A stretch of 63,462 nt of DNA, filler included, from Perkinsus chesapeaki ATCC PRA-425 (taxonomy: Eukaryota > Protista > Perkinsozoa), in NCBI GenBank assembly GCA_013115145.1. It is 11 parts of 11 records of this genome, joined end to end, with 100 filler letters (N's around TTAATTAATTAA, not from the genome) between each part and the next. Parts side by side here need not be neighbours in the genome. Positions count along the whole stretch, not along the records: positions 2,307 to 30,914 come from JAAPAO010000469.1; positions 31,015 to 32,504 come from JAAPAO010001934.1; positions 32,605 to 34,735 come from JAAPAO010001668.1; positions 34,836 to 39,903 come from JAAPAO010001197.1; 7 more parts are not named here. One strand, written 5' to 3'. Each line of letters begins with the position of its first letter. The stretch's first letter is position 1. The notes under the pieces are model-generated. The model saw only the letters and a list, made by a program, of their open reading frames with translations. It had not been told where the DNA came from and searched no databases. Of the stretch, positions 24,501 through 36,224 are shown piece by piece. A program made the translations under genes and the position numbers.

Positions 24501-25321
24501 TGATTGAATAATCCTATTAGGGAGTTTACCAGTAGATTCTATCACGTGCTTCTTCTAATCGTTTCGGATTTATCGGAGTTGCTGAGAGATAGACCGCTGT
24601 GTTCCAAGCGACAACTTGAATGCCCACGAGCGATCAACTTTCTAGATTCCGTTCAGTGGTTCAGTGGAACTCACTTAATAAGGCTCTCCAACTGCTTAAA
24701 TGTAGTCTTCAATACTCCTGCCCTATTCCGCTGATTAGTGAGCTGGAAGATCCTCGACATTACAACCTGACAAAGCCGAGTCAGTGCTACCAAGAAGCGA
24801 ACAACAACTAACCTGTCGACCAGCAGCGGAGCGGAACATTAGTTTAATTTGGCCTTTCACTTCCGGCACACCCGCGACATTCGGGTCGAACACAAATCTA
24901 TATAAAGGGGTTATGGTGATGATGAGCAACCTACCGGGAAGTGATTACCCATGGCCCTTGTCGCAGTTGGGAGGCAGCACTCCAGTTGTCGCCATCTTGA
25001 GACACTCAATGACGGTAGTCTTACCTTAAAATAATAACAGCGGAAATTTCGAGGAGATTCAGTGATGCCGTAGAGAAGGCAGTTGCCTAGTTGGCGTGTT
25101 TACCAAAGCTACAGGCACGAGGTCACGCAAACGCATGTGTGATTTATCTATATACTGTGCACTTTACTGGTACGATTCACCACACTGCTGAGGTTCGTTC
25201 TCTTACCTGCACCGTTATGGCCAACTATGAGAGTGACAGGCTTCTCGAATTCAATAGCTTCGATCCTTTCGGACGAGAATGACCTTATTCCTTGAATACC
25301 AAGCTTGTTCAAAGTTGTCAT
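12558..25321 (-). CDS. RAD50: DNA repair protein RAD50 (many introns)
   Basis: Start [15 protein letters not shown] (ATG at 25321). Walker [26 protein letters not shown], coiled-coil exons, zinc hook CQLC (~18070), signature CSAGQR, Walker [11 protein letters not shown] and LLITHDEEF. Confidence 0.95.
15578..16503 (-). CDS. Non-coiled-coil unknown ORFs nested in a large RAD50 intron
   Basis: 140-aa ORF (16081-16503) plus overlapping 75-aa and 133-aa frames. They are Gly/Cys/beta-rich and lie between RAD50 coiled-coil exons at ~15030 and ~17000. Confidence 0.45.
22235..22385 (-). repeat. Dispersed repeat copy 2 inside a RAD50 intron
   Basis: Reverse-complement homolog of 12221-12372. Confidence 0.8.
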
Positions 25322-25410
25322 CCTCCAAGCTACTTCACAATCAAAACTAATATTAATCTGTTTTATTAACGTCCCAACGCGATACCGATTTTTCCTGGTA
25401 GAAAGGTGAA

Positions 25411-28400
25411 TCAGTGGACACCATCTTCGGTAACTTCTTCCTTCTCGTCATTCGGCTTCCTTCTCTTAGCTGGAGCCTCCACACTTCCATCGGTTGCAAG
25501 CCTTTTCCTAAATACTATGTGATTTAGCAGCAACAATAAGGATATGGGAAAGTTCAGCACCACAGCAGTTGGACTTACTCTGGCATGCTCGCCTGTTGCC
25601 CCCTAGAAATAACAAACAGTTCTGGGTGCTCCTCTTCGCTCATACTGAAGATAAGGAGAACAGTTCTGCAATCTAATATTGCATTGAGAAATAATAAAGA
25701 GCAGCAGTCGTTAACTGGTAAGTGTATCTTCTTTACCTTTTATCTTCAAGTATGACCATCTGAGTGCTCCATGCTTGCATATCATCCGTAGCATCAACCA
25801 GACTGCCTGGTTCCTGCATCAATACCACCTTCAATAATAACATCAACACCAAACTCACTATATCCCATTGAGCTAGCGACCATTCCGGATGAAGGCCCTC
25901 GTCTTCATCGTCATCCGCCTCATCTTCATCGATAGTTTCATAAATAACGTTACCTGATGATACCATACACTCCCAGTCGAGGCTTCCGATCACCTTGAAA
26001 GACCAACAACGGTGCTGATGCTCCAAGCTCCTTCTTCAGCACTTTTGCTACAAAGTCTTGAACGCTCCATTTCCTATATAATAATGAAACCGGCAGGCCG
26101 CAATCCAATCCCTACTGTAAGTCGTTAAGTGTAACGGTAACCCAGGAGCTTTGGCAGACATAACAGTTGGGGTTGGGAGGCAGGAATGCATCGGGCACCA
26201 GGATGGACTTGCCAGCAGGATCGGGATATCTGAGGCAACGGCGCCCGTTCCAACGGAGGGTTATCTCGAACATGTCAATTTATGGCATCTTTGCCGAACT
26301 TCGGGCTTGAATATCGTCTGCACTTGGCCATCAATATTAAAACTTTTCAGCAGGGACTTTCTCAACTGGGTCCCTCTGTATAGCCTTACAACAACTTCTA
26401 TAGTATTCAATCTACAGCAAATTAAAGAGGAAGCCAATTTCCAATTTTCTTGACATAAACACCAACAACGAAAGTAAGACTAATCCTTCCCTAAGTGCAG
26501 GGAACCTCCTTACTTTATCCACACGTTTGTCGCTCCCGACTCCTTCAAACTAAATCCATGTGATTTATCCTTCTCACAGCGGAGAATCTCCCGCAGTATC
26601 CCCAAGAGATCCGTACACTGCAAGCCGGCTACGATGCAATTGGTTGTAGCGACCGCCGGAACCTGATACCACCTTTACCAGCGAACGACTACCAGCGATG
26701 GAGACGTACTATAGCCCCGGCGACCGACTCGACAGACCATCGACTTTGTAGGGGTATGTGATAGTTTTTCATCCTCATATTGGCTGCGGCGCACACGAAG
26801 TCCACCGCTAATTTATCATCTTTACTAAACGCCATGGTACCTAATTGGATTATATCATTAAACGTAGTGTTCAGAACGTTATATGGGTGATAGCGACTGA
26901 TTGTCGGAATATCTGCCGGAGAGGTTTTCCTTTGATTGAGTGATCCACGATATGGAGCAGCTTCCCAATTCAAACTCAACAGCACTACTCGTCCAACTTG
27001 CTCTTTCGATCCAGATGACATGTTCTCAGATTCAAGTGAGTTCATCTATACAACGGTGTGCCCGAAGAAATACGATCAGGCTGATCGGTAGTGTGCTGAT
27101 CAGCACACTCCAGGAGACGCCGTCTCCACGATGGTGACTCCACCAAATAAATCATACCCCACGCCGAAGAGTTTTCTCATGATAATGACAGATTTGTAGA
27201 ATCTGCGATCACGGACTCCGGCAATGTATCGCAATGAAGTGACTGGAGGTAACTACTGAAAGTGTGACGGCAAGTCCAGCATTGTCGGTTGACAGTAATG
27301 AAGCGGGACGGCCAGCCCGTTCTGCCATGCCAAGCACAACTTTACGGGGGACATGTCTTTTGAGTCAGTGACTGAGCTGTTTGTGCATTGGGGGCAACTG
27401 CCACCGTTTGGGCTCCATATGTAGAGACCTTCGCCCTTGATATCCCGAGACCTCAATCCTAGCAATTCGCCAGGACGTAGTGCCAACGAAATACCAAGCA
27501 ACACAGCATCCTTTGTTTGTTCAAATTCTACTTTTCCCAGAGCCCCAACAGGTAATTTGAAAAGATCTCTATCCACCGTTTCTGATATGATCGGAGCCTG
27601 TTCAGCAGCACGTGGGGGTCTCACCTTCCGGGCAGATTGTGACGCCCGTTCAACTAATTTCTCATCTCCTGACAAAATACTACCGAAACCACGAAGTTGG
27701 TTGAGCGTCTTTAACGAACTTGAATCACTAGAGCCTCATCTGCCAAGGTCAGTTATTAGGGAATTGCAGTTCTGCACAATAGCGGATGCCGGGGTTTGCT
27801 CAGGGACGCATAGCAATGAAGCTGAAGTTGCTCGCCGAAGCGACGTCTACCATGTCTGGGTTGTAGATCAATCCCATACATACACTTCATAAGGGAGGAA
27901 CGAACACGTGAACGAACCCAGGCAAGTGCTCGGAGACTCCGAGTCGGAGTAGCGGGAAGCCTTGCTGCAAGGCCCTTGCACATCAAGCCGCTTGGCCCGC
28001 TCGGCACATAGCTTTCAGCCCAGTCAGTTCACTCAAGCTTTGCCATCTATTCATTCGGAATCATGATCAGGATGCCATTCCTCGATTCCGCTGCCGCCGT
28101 CAACTGCTATGCAGAGGGCTTGTGTCTTGAGTCTTCAATATGACCTCACAGTCGACAGCTTGATAACGCTTCGACTGGAACGTTTGAAGAATGAGACAGA
28201 CCATATGTTCGAGTCAAATAGAGCCAGTACGCCGGTCACCGTTCGAGCAATATGTTCGAATCAAAACATATGTCAAGAAATTCGGCTTCTCGTCGTAAAT
28301 CCTGAACTTACCAATCTCATCTCTCCTTTCGGAAAAGACACGGCTCACTGTATCCACGAATAGCTTCGCCTGAGTCGCCACGGACCAGACAGCTTGAACC

Positions 28401-30591
28401 TAAAGAATCAAACATACCCGAACGATCGACAAGAGTATTGTCACGATACTCCTCCGCAGTTGATGCGATGTAATTAACACGAATTTTGGCAACAAGAGTT
28501 CGTTAGATTCAAACTCTGTGTAGAGAGTATCGATAATTCCTCATCAATCTTACACCCTTTCCATCAGTAGAACCCATTGTTAATGCCTCCTCATAGCTGA
28601 CTGGAACGGGAGCTTGTCGCTTGCCATCAACCCAAAGATTCGTCAGCTTCAGCTGGGACCTGCGAAAAGCAGCTCTTTTGTAAGCCAGAAAAATAGCAAA
28701 AAGACAGGCACGTAATTGGTATGCGGTCAGATAGGCGTTTCCATCTTACTTTATATCATTGCAGAAAAGATGGTTGAAGATTCCTATGGCTTCCCGCCGA
28801 ATTTCATCATCGTTCTCGACCTTCCCGTTGTCTGATACGAACACCATCAAATCCACCGGAGGTCCTCGTCGGACGAAGTGTATATCTTTCAATACCCATA
28901 CCGTAGCACTTTTGTGCCATAGACTACTCCCCGCATGTATGAGACATTCCGGCGGTTTACTGTTGCTTTGGCGAACTTGAACGGTGACAAGTAGAGCTGT
29001 ATTGATAATGTATATTGACATTCATCACATTACGTACACCAAAACTAACGGCTGAGGCCACGTAGTAAACCCACATTTCACATCCGACAACAAGCGAATG
29101 TGATTCACGGGTTTGCTGAAGCCCGAACAACAGCCCCCAAATGATCCAAGAGCTTTATTTTTCCATGTACCTGATGATCTCAATTTCTTGAGGGGCTCCT
29201 TCAAATCAGCCAACACACTATTATCATCCTCGATGCCAAACATAAGCTCAAACCTATAATTAAGCAGTAAGCCGTTTTACACTGTATTTATGCTTACAAT
29301 AACTTAGCCCACTGAATACAGTGGACTGGTGTGGATGGTGTTGAACGTATAGTGCATACTGGATACACCTTAGGAGCTGCTTTACTGGTACCTGAGGTAA
29401 TCACTACAGTGGCAAAATAACTCCTATCGAAGAGAGATCTAGAAACAGTACGATAAACCTGAATAGTGTTCGAAAATTATTATTCAATTGTTTTATAACT
29501 CCATGCTGCTTGCACGGTGCACCATTGTTGCAGCTACTATTCAAGTGCAGATGGTTACTACGAAGCACAGAGTAAACAGCCTACACCAGTTGCCTTCACC
29601 AGGTAAGCTTACACTCATAACATTCACTTTGTTGTGGGTATATAACAGTGCATTGACCAGTGAATCCCGTGGTACCTAATATGAACTTGAACATATCTTA
29701 CCGAAGTTAGCTGCTTACCAGCCTCTATCATCGGTCTTTTAGTAGCCAAACACAGCCGATTCACATGTCGTCTTGCATCAACGTTGTCAAGTGCATTGAG
29801 GACAACATCGAACGAGGAAAAGAACGTCGATGAGTACTGCGGCTCTTTCACGTTGCCGAGCTTTCCATCTATTTTAACCTGACAAATCCGAGTAAAAGGG
29901 GGGATGCAAAACCAGCCCTCCGTCCAGGTGATCATTCGTACCATCTTAAGATGACTTCATTGTACATGCGTGCAAATCTCGTTCCCCCACGAAAGCAAGC
30001 TACGAGGCCACCCGCGTTGAAGCGCTATCATTTCCTTATAACCAAATAGGAAGCCACATACAGCCACTCTAAATATGCCATTCCCCGTAGAATCAGACTA
30101 ACTTCGATAATATAACAACTTTCGATGCGAAATTTACAGCTTATTCACTTATCCATTTTTCCTCATCGCGAAACGAATTTGGACTCCAGACACTCGAAAG
30201 CTCCCATCTTCACAGACCCAGAACTGTTATTCCCCTGACGGATAGATGAGTCACTTCTCCATTGGCCAGAGGAACAGCACTGCTGTGACTTACTATAAGC
30301 TTACTTCTTTATTGAACGCCATAGCTGCCTCGGAGGCGACTTCAGCTTTCGGACGATTAACGTGATGTCGACGGAATAAAAACTGCCGGTTCAGATTAGA
30401 CACATCAATTGTATCCAAATCAATCGTAGTTATATTTCTCACCTAAAATACCCCAGCCAAGATTCGAACCTGCGACTCTCTCAATCAGCTTACCCCCATC
30501 ATACTCAGGTCCTTCAGCAACTCACAACCGATCCCTCCAGCGCCCACAACCAGCAGCCGAGCGTTTGCCACTCTGATGGCCTCCTCCTCAC
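25411..30591 (-). CDS. UBA2: SUMO-activating enzyme subunit 2 (5'-partial, multi-exon)
   Basis: [78 protein letters not shown], acidic UFD and C-terminal PAKRRK NLS. Confidence 0.93.
27253..28230 (-). mobile_element. Degenerate tyrosine-recombinase retroelement remnant in a UBA2 intron (26841-28311)
   Basis: YR box [22 protein letters not shown]. Upstream stop-ridden frame with an RNase H-like FDSNI..KRSSRS segment. Confidence 0.65.
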
Positions 30592-30844
30592 CTAGATAGG
30601 CTATCATGGAAGGAGGCACTCCACGAAGTTGGTCTTCGGATGTGACGGCGGTGGCGGCCATGATGAGGATACCCGCAAAACCAACTGAAGTTCGAGAGCC
30701 ACATCCCTGACGACAAGCATACGCCTGCTGAGACAGGAACGAATTTGAGCATAATTAAACGTTACAACACCGGGCTGTGACATCCAACTATTTCCACTAA
30801 AAACGATATCGCCTTCTGTCAATCGCAAAATAATGACTCAGCAA

Positions 30845-30914
<70 letters not shown>

Positions 30915-31092
30915 NNNNNNNNNNNNNNNNNNNNNNNNNNNNNNNNNNNNNNNNNNNNTTAATTAATTAANNNNNNNNNNNNNNNNNNNNNNNNNNNNNN
31001 NNNNNNNNNNNNNNCCAGTTGAGCTTGTCAAGGAGTACTGACACGAATGTTTATCTGCATCGCAGGGCAACCTGGCTCGCTAACTAATCAGC

Positions 31093-31123
31093 TCCATCGC
31101 TCTAACCACTGAGCTACAGGACC
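31093..31123 (-). pseudogene. 5' half of a tRNA-Ile-like gene
   Basis: GGTCCTGTAGCTCAGTGGTTAGAGCGATGG matches 29/30 with the neighbouring tRNA-Ile, then diverges; no T-arm. Confidence 0.7.
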
Positions 31124-31185
31124 AACTAGCGCTCGTATCGGGATCGAATTTGTATAAAATGCCCTATTGAACGTCACGCGTACGC

Positions 31186-31258
31186 TAGTCCCGGCGAGGG
31201 TCGAACTCACGACCTATAGCTCATAAGACCATCGCTCCAACCACTGAGCTACAGGACC
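31186..31258 (-). tRNA. tRNA-Ile(UAU), intronless
   Basis: Full cloverleaf with GCTC/GAGC D-stem, ATGGT-CTTATGA-GCTAT anticodon arm and GTTCGA T-loop. TTTT terminator downstream. Confidence 0.9.
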
Positions 31259-31330
31259 GACCGTCGCTCCAACCTGACAGATTCTGGTTTTGCTCGATAA
31301 TCTCCTAAAAGAATCAAGTCACGTAATTAT

Positions 31331-31412
31331 CGACAGCGGCAGGATTCGAACCTGCGCAGGCTGAGCCTAGTGGATTTCGAGTCCACCTCCTTAACCACTC
31401 GGACACGCTGTC
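31331..31412 (-). tRNA. tRNA-Ser(CGA)
   Basis: GACAGCG/CGCTGTC acceptor stem, GTGGA-CTCGAAA-TCCAC anticodon arm, long variable arm and G discriminator. Confidence 0.95.
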
Positions 31413-31928
31413 AGGTTCTTTGAAACGGTTTGATCCTGCTTTTGGCCGATGAGTTCGTCAAAGAGTCGAAATGACGCGGTCAATTTATTGGGCAAGTTCA
31501 AAGTTCGACTGAGGTGTAGATTAAATAGTGGCATATGGGGACGATACCTGAGTGCCTCCTCGCGGCGTCCTCGGACAAGGGAAGGCTATATCCTTCGCCT
31601 TGACTGAATCTCAGGGTTTGGTAACGGGCAGCTTATTGAGCTGAGCTCAACGGGAGACAAATAGTACATTTACTTGTAGTCGCGGGTTCGAATTGGTTGG
31701 TAGAATCGCCTGGTGGTTTAGAGTGTGAAACTACAGTTGGACTTGGTTCCTTCTTGTATACTCGCCTCTTGACCTCTTCAGTGATACTATAAATCAACGA
31801 GGATCAGCGTAGCTATTGTGTTGCCAGGATGCGAGTGTGGAACTATAGTAAGTGCTACTTACGGTAGGCCCGCCTTGCAGACGGTGAACAAAAAAAAGTT
31901 AAAATCCGCAAAAGAGTATAAAAGAATG

Positions 31929-32370
31929 ACCCTGGTTGGGAGGGTATTACGATAGGGAGGATTCAATACAAAGTGTATTATGCATTCGGTGATGCGTGGG
32001 GAGTAATGAGACTCCGAGTTAAACGCAGTGAGACCCTAGGTGAGAGGGTAGCGTGATAAACTTGCTTTGCAAGGAGCGATGAGACTCCGAACTGAGTTTG
32101 TTGACAATGGGGTTATGGCAGGCAAACCCTAGCTGGGAAGGTGACACAATAGAATGCGTTTGTTGAGGAGTGGCGAGACTTCAGATGGAGACTGCTACGG
32201 GGGTCGTCTATTACGTCCCGGCAGTACAGCAATGAGACCCTAGGTGAGAGGGTGGTGCAATATATTCATTGCAAGGAGTGAGGAGACTACGGCTCGAGTG
32301 TATCATACACTGTGTATGCAATAATGCACCTCGGATGGTGGGGAAATAGCGATGCCCTATTTGAGAGGGT
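31929..32370 (+). repeat. Diverged array of alternating hairpins (ACCCT-N7-AGGGT x5; GGAGY-N6-ACTYC-like x4)
   Basis: Hairpin-1 starts at 31929, 32033, 32126, 32237 and 32354. Hairpin-2 starts at 32000, 32073, 32167 and 32275. Spacers are dissimilar and no long ORF is present. Confidence 0.8.
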
Positions 32371-32384
32371 TACGTAATAGGGGA

Positions 32385-32504
32385 TGTTAACGATTGGTAC
32401 ACATAAATTAGGTACACTTAATGTTTAATCCCCATAAATCACGTTCATACTCAACTCGTTTGCTTGAAACACGTACACAGTCAGCTCGTTCGCTCCTATT
32501 CAGA
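32385..32504 (+). repeat. LTR-like repeat (3'-truncated by contig end), same family as 1570-1854
   Basis: Starts TGTTAACGATTGG after AATAGGGGA; homologous to the contig 1 copy. Confidence 0.6.
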
Positions 32505-32604
32505 NNNNNNNNNNNNNNNNNNNNNNNNNNNNNNNNNNNNNNNNNNNNTTAATTAATTAANNNNNNNNNNNNNNNNNNNNNNNNNNNNNNNNNNNNNNNN
32601 NNNN

Positions 32605-33034
32605 AGAGAGGGAGCTTCTGTTCCTAGCATACTGGGCAGACCGCGCCACTTGGCAGGATTAGGGGGCAACCCACAGGAGCAGGCCAGGGCGCAGCGACAG
32701 GCGGTGAACACTGCCTGCCAGGCCAGCGCCGCCGACATCATGAAGGCCGCCATGCTGAAAGTGTCTGCGAGGCTTCTGGCGATGCGCGACGTTAACGGGT
32801 ACGGCTACGGATAGATATGTGACTTTATCTTCTATCAGGCGTGCTCCAGGTGAAATACTATTGCAGATCCACGATGAGCTGCTGCTTGAAGTGGACGAGG
32901 AGCGGGTTGGTGAGGTCGTCGAAGCCGTAGTCGAGTCCATGGTAACGGCCGTGCCTTTGACTGTTAAATTGCAAGTGAAGTGGGGAACCGGTCGAACTTG
33001 GGGTTCTATTCAAACAGCATGTAACAGTGTATAG
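32605..33034 (+). CDS. Family A DNA polymerase C-terminus, Pol theta-like (5'-partial, one intron)
   Basis: ILGRPRHL...RAQRQAVNTACQASAADIMKAAM and motif C LLQIHDELLLEV...KWGTGRTW. Confidence 0.88.
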
Positions 33035-33101
33035 TTTCCTTTATATTATCCACTTTCGTTTTACAGTACTCAACATGACCATATGAAGAAACATCGTAGA
33101 G

Positions 33102-34735
33102 CTATTGTAGTCCAGCGTTCTCAGTGCTGAGGCGAGCCTCTGTCATCTCGATATCCACCGACTCTGGGCTTGCATTGGGCGAGCCAGCCTGCTCCCCTGT
33201 TGGAGGCTTCACCGCCCACCATCCCATAGCGGCACCGGCCGTTACCACCATGCGGCACCTAGTGAAGCCCAATAACCCAGTCAGCCAGTAGGGAGCTCAC
33301 CTGGGAGAGAATGCTGCTATTGGTGGTGCAGCGTGGCCCAGCAAAGCGCGGCCTATCACTGGAGAGCCTTCTTTCGTGGACATGTCGAGGAACCTAGGAA
33401 ACAGACTTCTACTACAAGTTGCAATCACAGAACACAGACATAAGAACGTCCCACAGCAACCATCAGAACGACAAAACAACAATTTCAATGGTCTCTTACC
33501 GAACTTCGTTCTTGTCATCTGGTCGGAACCGTTTCATAAGGGGCTCGCCGAAGACAACGTATCTTCCGCAAGGACTAAAGCTAGGCTTCAGCGTCGGCAC
33601 AAACACTTGGCTCCGTTCAGAGGGTATCTGACCGTATCTCTCTGTCAGGTGCTCACGCATCGCATGCTTACGTGGCGTGCAGAGCTCGAGAGAGCATGCC
33701 CCAAGTTGTCGGGAGGGATGTAAGCATTTCTTTCCTTAGCATGCATGCCAGGTGGCTGCTTCACAGAGCACACAAACGCGGTGACCTGAGAAGCTTCGAT
33801 GGTACTCTACTCCAAGTCGGCCGCCCACCGTCGGTCTGCCAGTGAAGGTGTCCACTGCGGTCAGCTCTACGTCGGCGCCGCCCGAGACGGTCGTTACTAA
33901 AACGTGTTTTCCATCTGGGGCGTAGGTCAGCTCCTAAACGGTAGCGCGAGCGTCTGTCGGCCTAGTGTGAACGCCGCCTACTGTGGGGTAGAGAACTTCT
34001 GTTCGACCAGCATTGTGCTCGCTGCCGGCAGTGAGGGACATAAATGGGTTGAAGGAGCGAAGGTCATAAAGATGCACCTACAACAAGTAACCACGAGTGA
34101 TGCACGCAATCCACCTACCACGCCATTCCCAACGGCACTGGCCGCAGCGAATACCACCGAGCCAGGGGAGCTCGGGTCGAATGCGACACTCGCTACTGAG
34201 TGGTGACCGCCGTCATCTGATGACTCTCCAGGAACGCAGGTGACTCTCTGACATGGTCATAGGAAGATAACTAGTGTGGAGCTTACCGAGCCCTCCTTTA
34301 TGGCCTCCGGCATCCTCGTGTCCCACAGGTACAGACTGCCGTCAACAGTGGTGAAGATGACCTGACAACGCTGTCAAGCCGGCGGAGGAGGCAACTCACC
34401 AGATCCGTGCTCGGGTGAACGTCCAAAGTATGGACAGGTGATTTTTTGCCCTTGAAAACTCTGGTGAATTTGTTCTCAGTGAAGTCCCATAGCCGCACCG
34501 AACCTACCAAAACCTGAAACACTAACCGGGTGACCGACAGCTTACAGTCCCAGTTGACATCCCCACAGGCGATGCCGGTCTCCCACTTATATGAGTGCAT
34601 GAATTTCACGTGTCGAACGCCGTACTTGTGGGAATGTAGCACTCGCACCGCCTGAGAGAAGCACTCGGCCCGGCGCGAGGCTGCCAGCTGTGCTCACGTT
34701 ATTCAGTGTGTTAGTGTCGTAAATCCTCACCGTTT
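33102..34735 (-). CDS. WDR82: WD40 protein WDR82/Swd2 (5'-partial, multi-exon)
   Basis: LHSHKYGV, VAFDPS..VFAAAS, VHLYDLRSFNPF, FSPDGKHVLV and PSFSPCGRYV parallel the WDR82 sequence. Confidence 0.8.
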
Positions 34736-34889
34736 NNNNNNNNNNNNNNNNNNNNNNNNNNNNNNNNNNNNNNNNNNNNTTAATTAATTAANNNNNNNNN
34801 NNNNNNNNNNNNNNNNNNNNNNNNNNNNNNNNNNNGTGTGATTACAATTACACTAGCTTACGCTAAGATACCATCACAAAAAGGGACAC

Positions 34890-35276
34890 AACACAAACTC
34901 ATCACATTTGTTTGTGATCGGGGGTAAGTTTCGGTTTTGGTACAGCTTTGCGGTTCTTACCGATCGTCTTGAGCACGCGGCACATTGTGCTTCTCGACTT
35001 CATTTCAACCGCGGCTGCTTCAAACACTTGTTTACTTTTGCCGAGGGGACTCGTTCAGAGAGCGCGTTTAAGCTTGGTGACCTCTCTAGTCGTTGTGGAA
35101 CTTTTGTAGTGTCCTGTTGGTCTTATGTACTTCTTATCCGGGTTGTTGGTGTAGTTCTTGGCTGTTCGGTGATCACGTCCAAGGAGGTGAGCTATTTCGG
35201 CCGTAGTTTTGCCTGCAGCGAGGTACTTGACTTTAGGCGCACGTTCGGCATCCGTGAGAAGAGACTTACGGCCCAT
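34890..35276 (-). mobile_element. Tc1/Tc3-like transposase N-terminal HTH region, pseudogenised and truncated
   Basis: MGRKSLLTDAER...GKTTAEIAHLLGRDHRTAKNY..NP. The frame continues past a stop to KPKLTPDHK. Confidence 0.75.
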
Positions 35277-36224
35277 TACAATGAGTTACAAGAATCCTAC
35301 AATTATCGAATTTGGCACAGCGATTTTCTGCGCAAAACGGTTTCATAGTTATGAGAGTCACGAAACGGTTGATCGATTTTAATTCGATAGACTATTTGGT
35401 TCAGTTATTCTTTGGTTATTATAGAATATTATAGGTATATAATACTATAGGTATATTATATGGTCTTGTTCAAAAACTCGTTAACTTCAGTGAAATATTC
35501 GAAATTATGTTAGTTGCCTATCAAACTGATACATACAGTATTATGTAACGGGGTTTATTTTACTTTCTCCCTCTAGGGATTGATCCGAAGTCGCCGTAAG
35601 AATTATAACCACTGGAGTACAACGGTTGGACCATGACTCTGGTTACGTGACGCGACACGTCTAGGGTAGGCAGCCAAGCATAGTGTGTGTGATATGACTG
35701 ACTCATGTTAGGCCTCATTGAAGCCTTGTTATGGCTGCAAGTGTTGTTTCCTTCTCTCCTGCCCTGGAGGGTTTGGGGTGAAGCCGTAGGCCCGGACCCA
35801 AGGTATGATCCCAAAAAGAACGGATATCGCACTAGGGTCCGACGGCAGCCTCGTATGGCGCGAACAGACGCTAGCACGGACGGTCTACGGACATGAAAGT
35901 GCTGTTGCGATCGAGGACTCGCCCGCTCTAGGTTTCACCCCACGTCATCCCCTAAAGCCTTGTTGTCAATGCCAATGGTTCGGTACCATTAGTGTACCAC
36001 AAACCGGTGAAAACTTTTCACCGAAACTTTTCACTTTTCACTGAAAAGGCAGGACTATACTACTCACACTATTGGAAACGCAATCCCTTTTTCTCCACAT
36101 CAGAAACGGGGACACTCGCTCACAGTTACTAGTGGGCCACTAGTAGTGGGCCGACAACCACCATAACTAAATATCACGACTTTCTTAGACGACATCGTGA
36201 AGCATCCAGGGGACTCGGCCCCGC

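Noticed and set aside
30846-30914. 69-nt poly-G tract
   Set aside because: It sits at a contig end; typical no-signal artefact of two-colour sequencing.
32073-32092. Hammerhead ribozyme in the hairpin array (GATGAG...CGAAC)
   Set aside because: Lacks the CUGANGA core, a proper stem II and GAAA.
12558-34735. Apparent DNA-repair/chromatin cluster (RAD50, UBA2, Pol theta-like, WDR82)
   Set aside because: Pol theta-like and WDR82 are on a different contig from RAD50/UBA2, so the adjacency is artificial.
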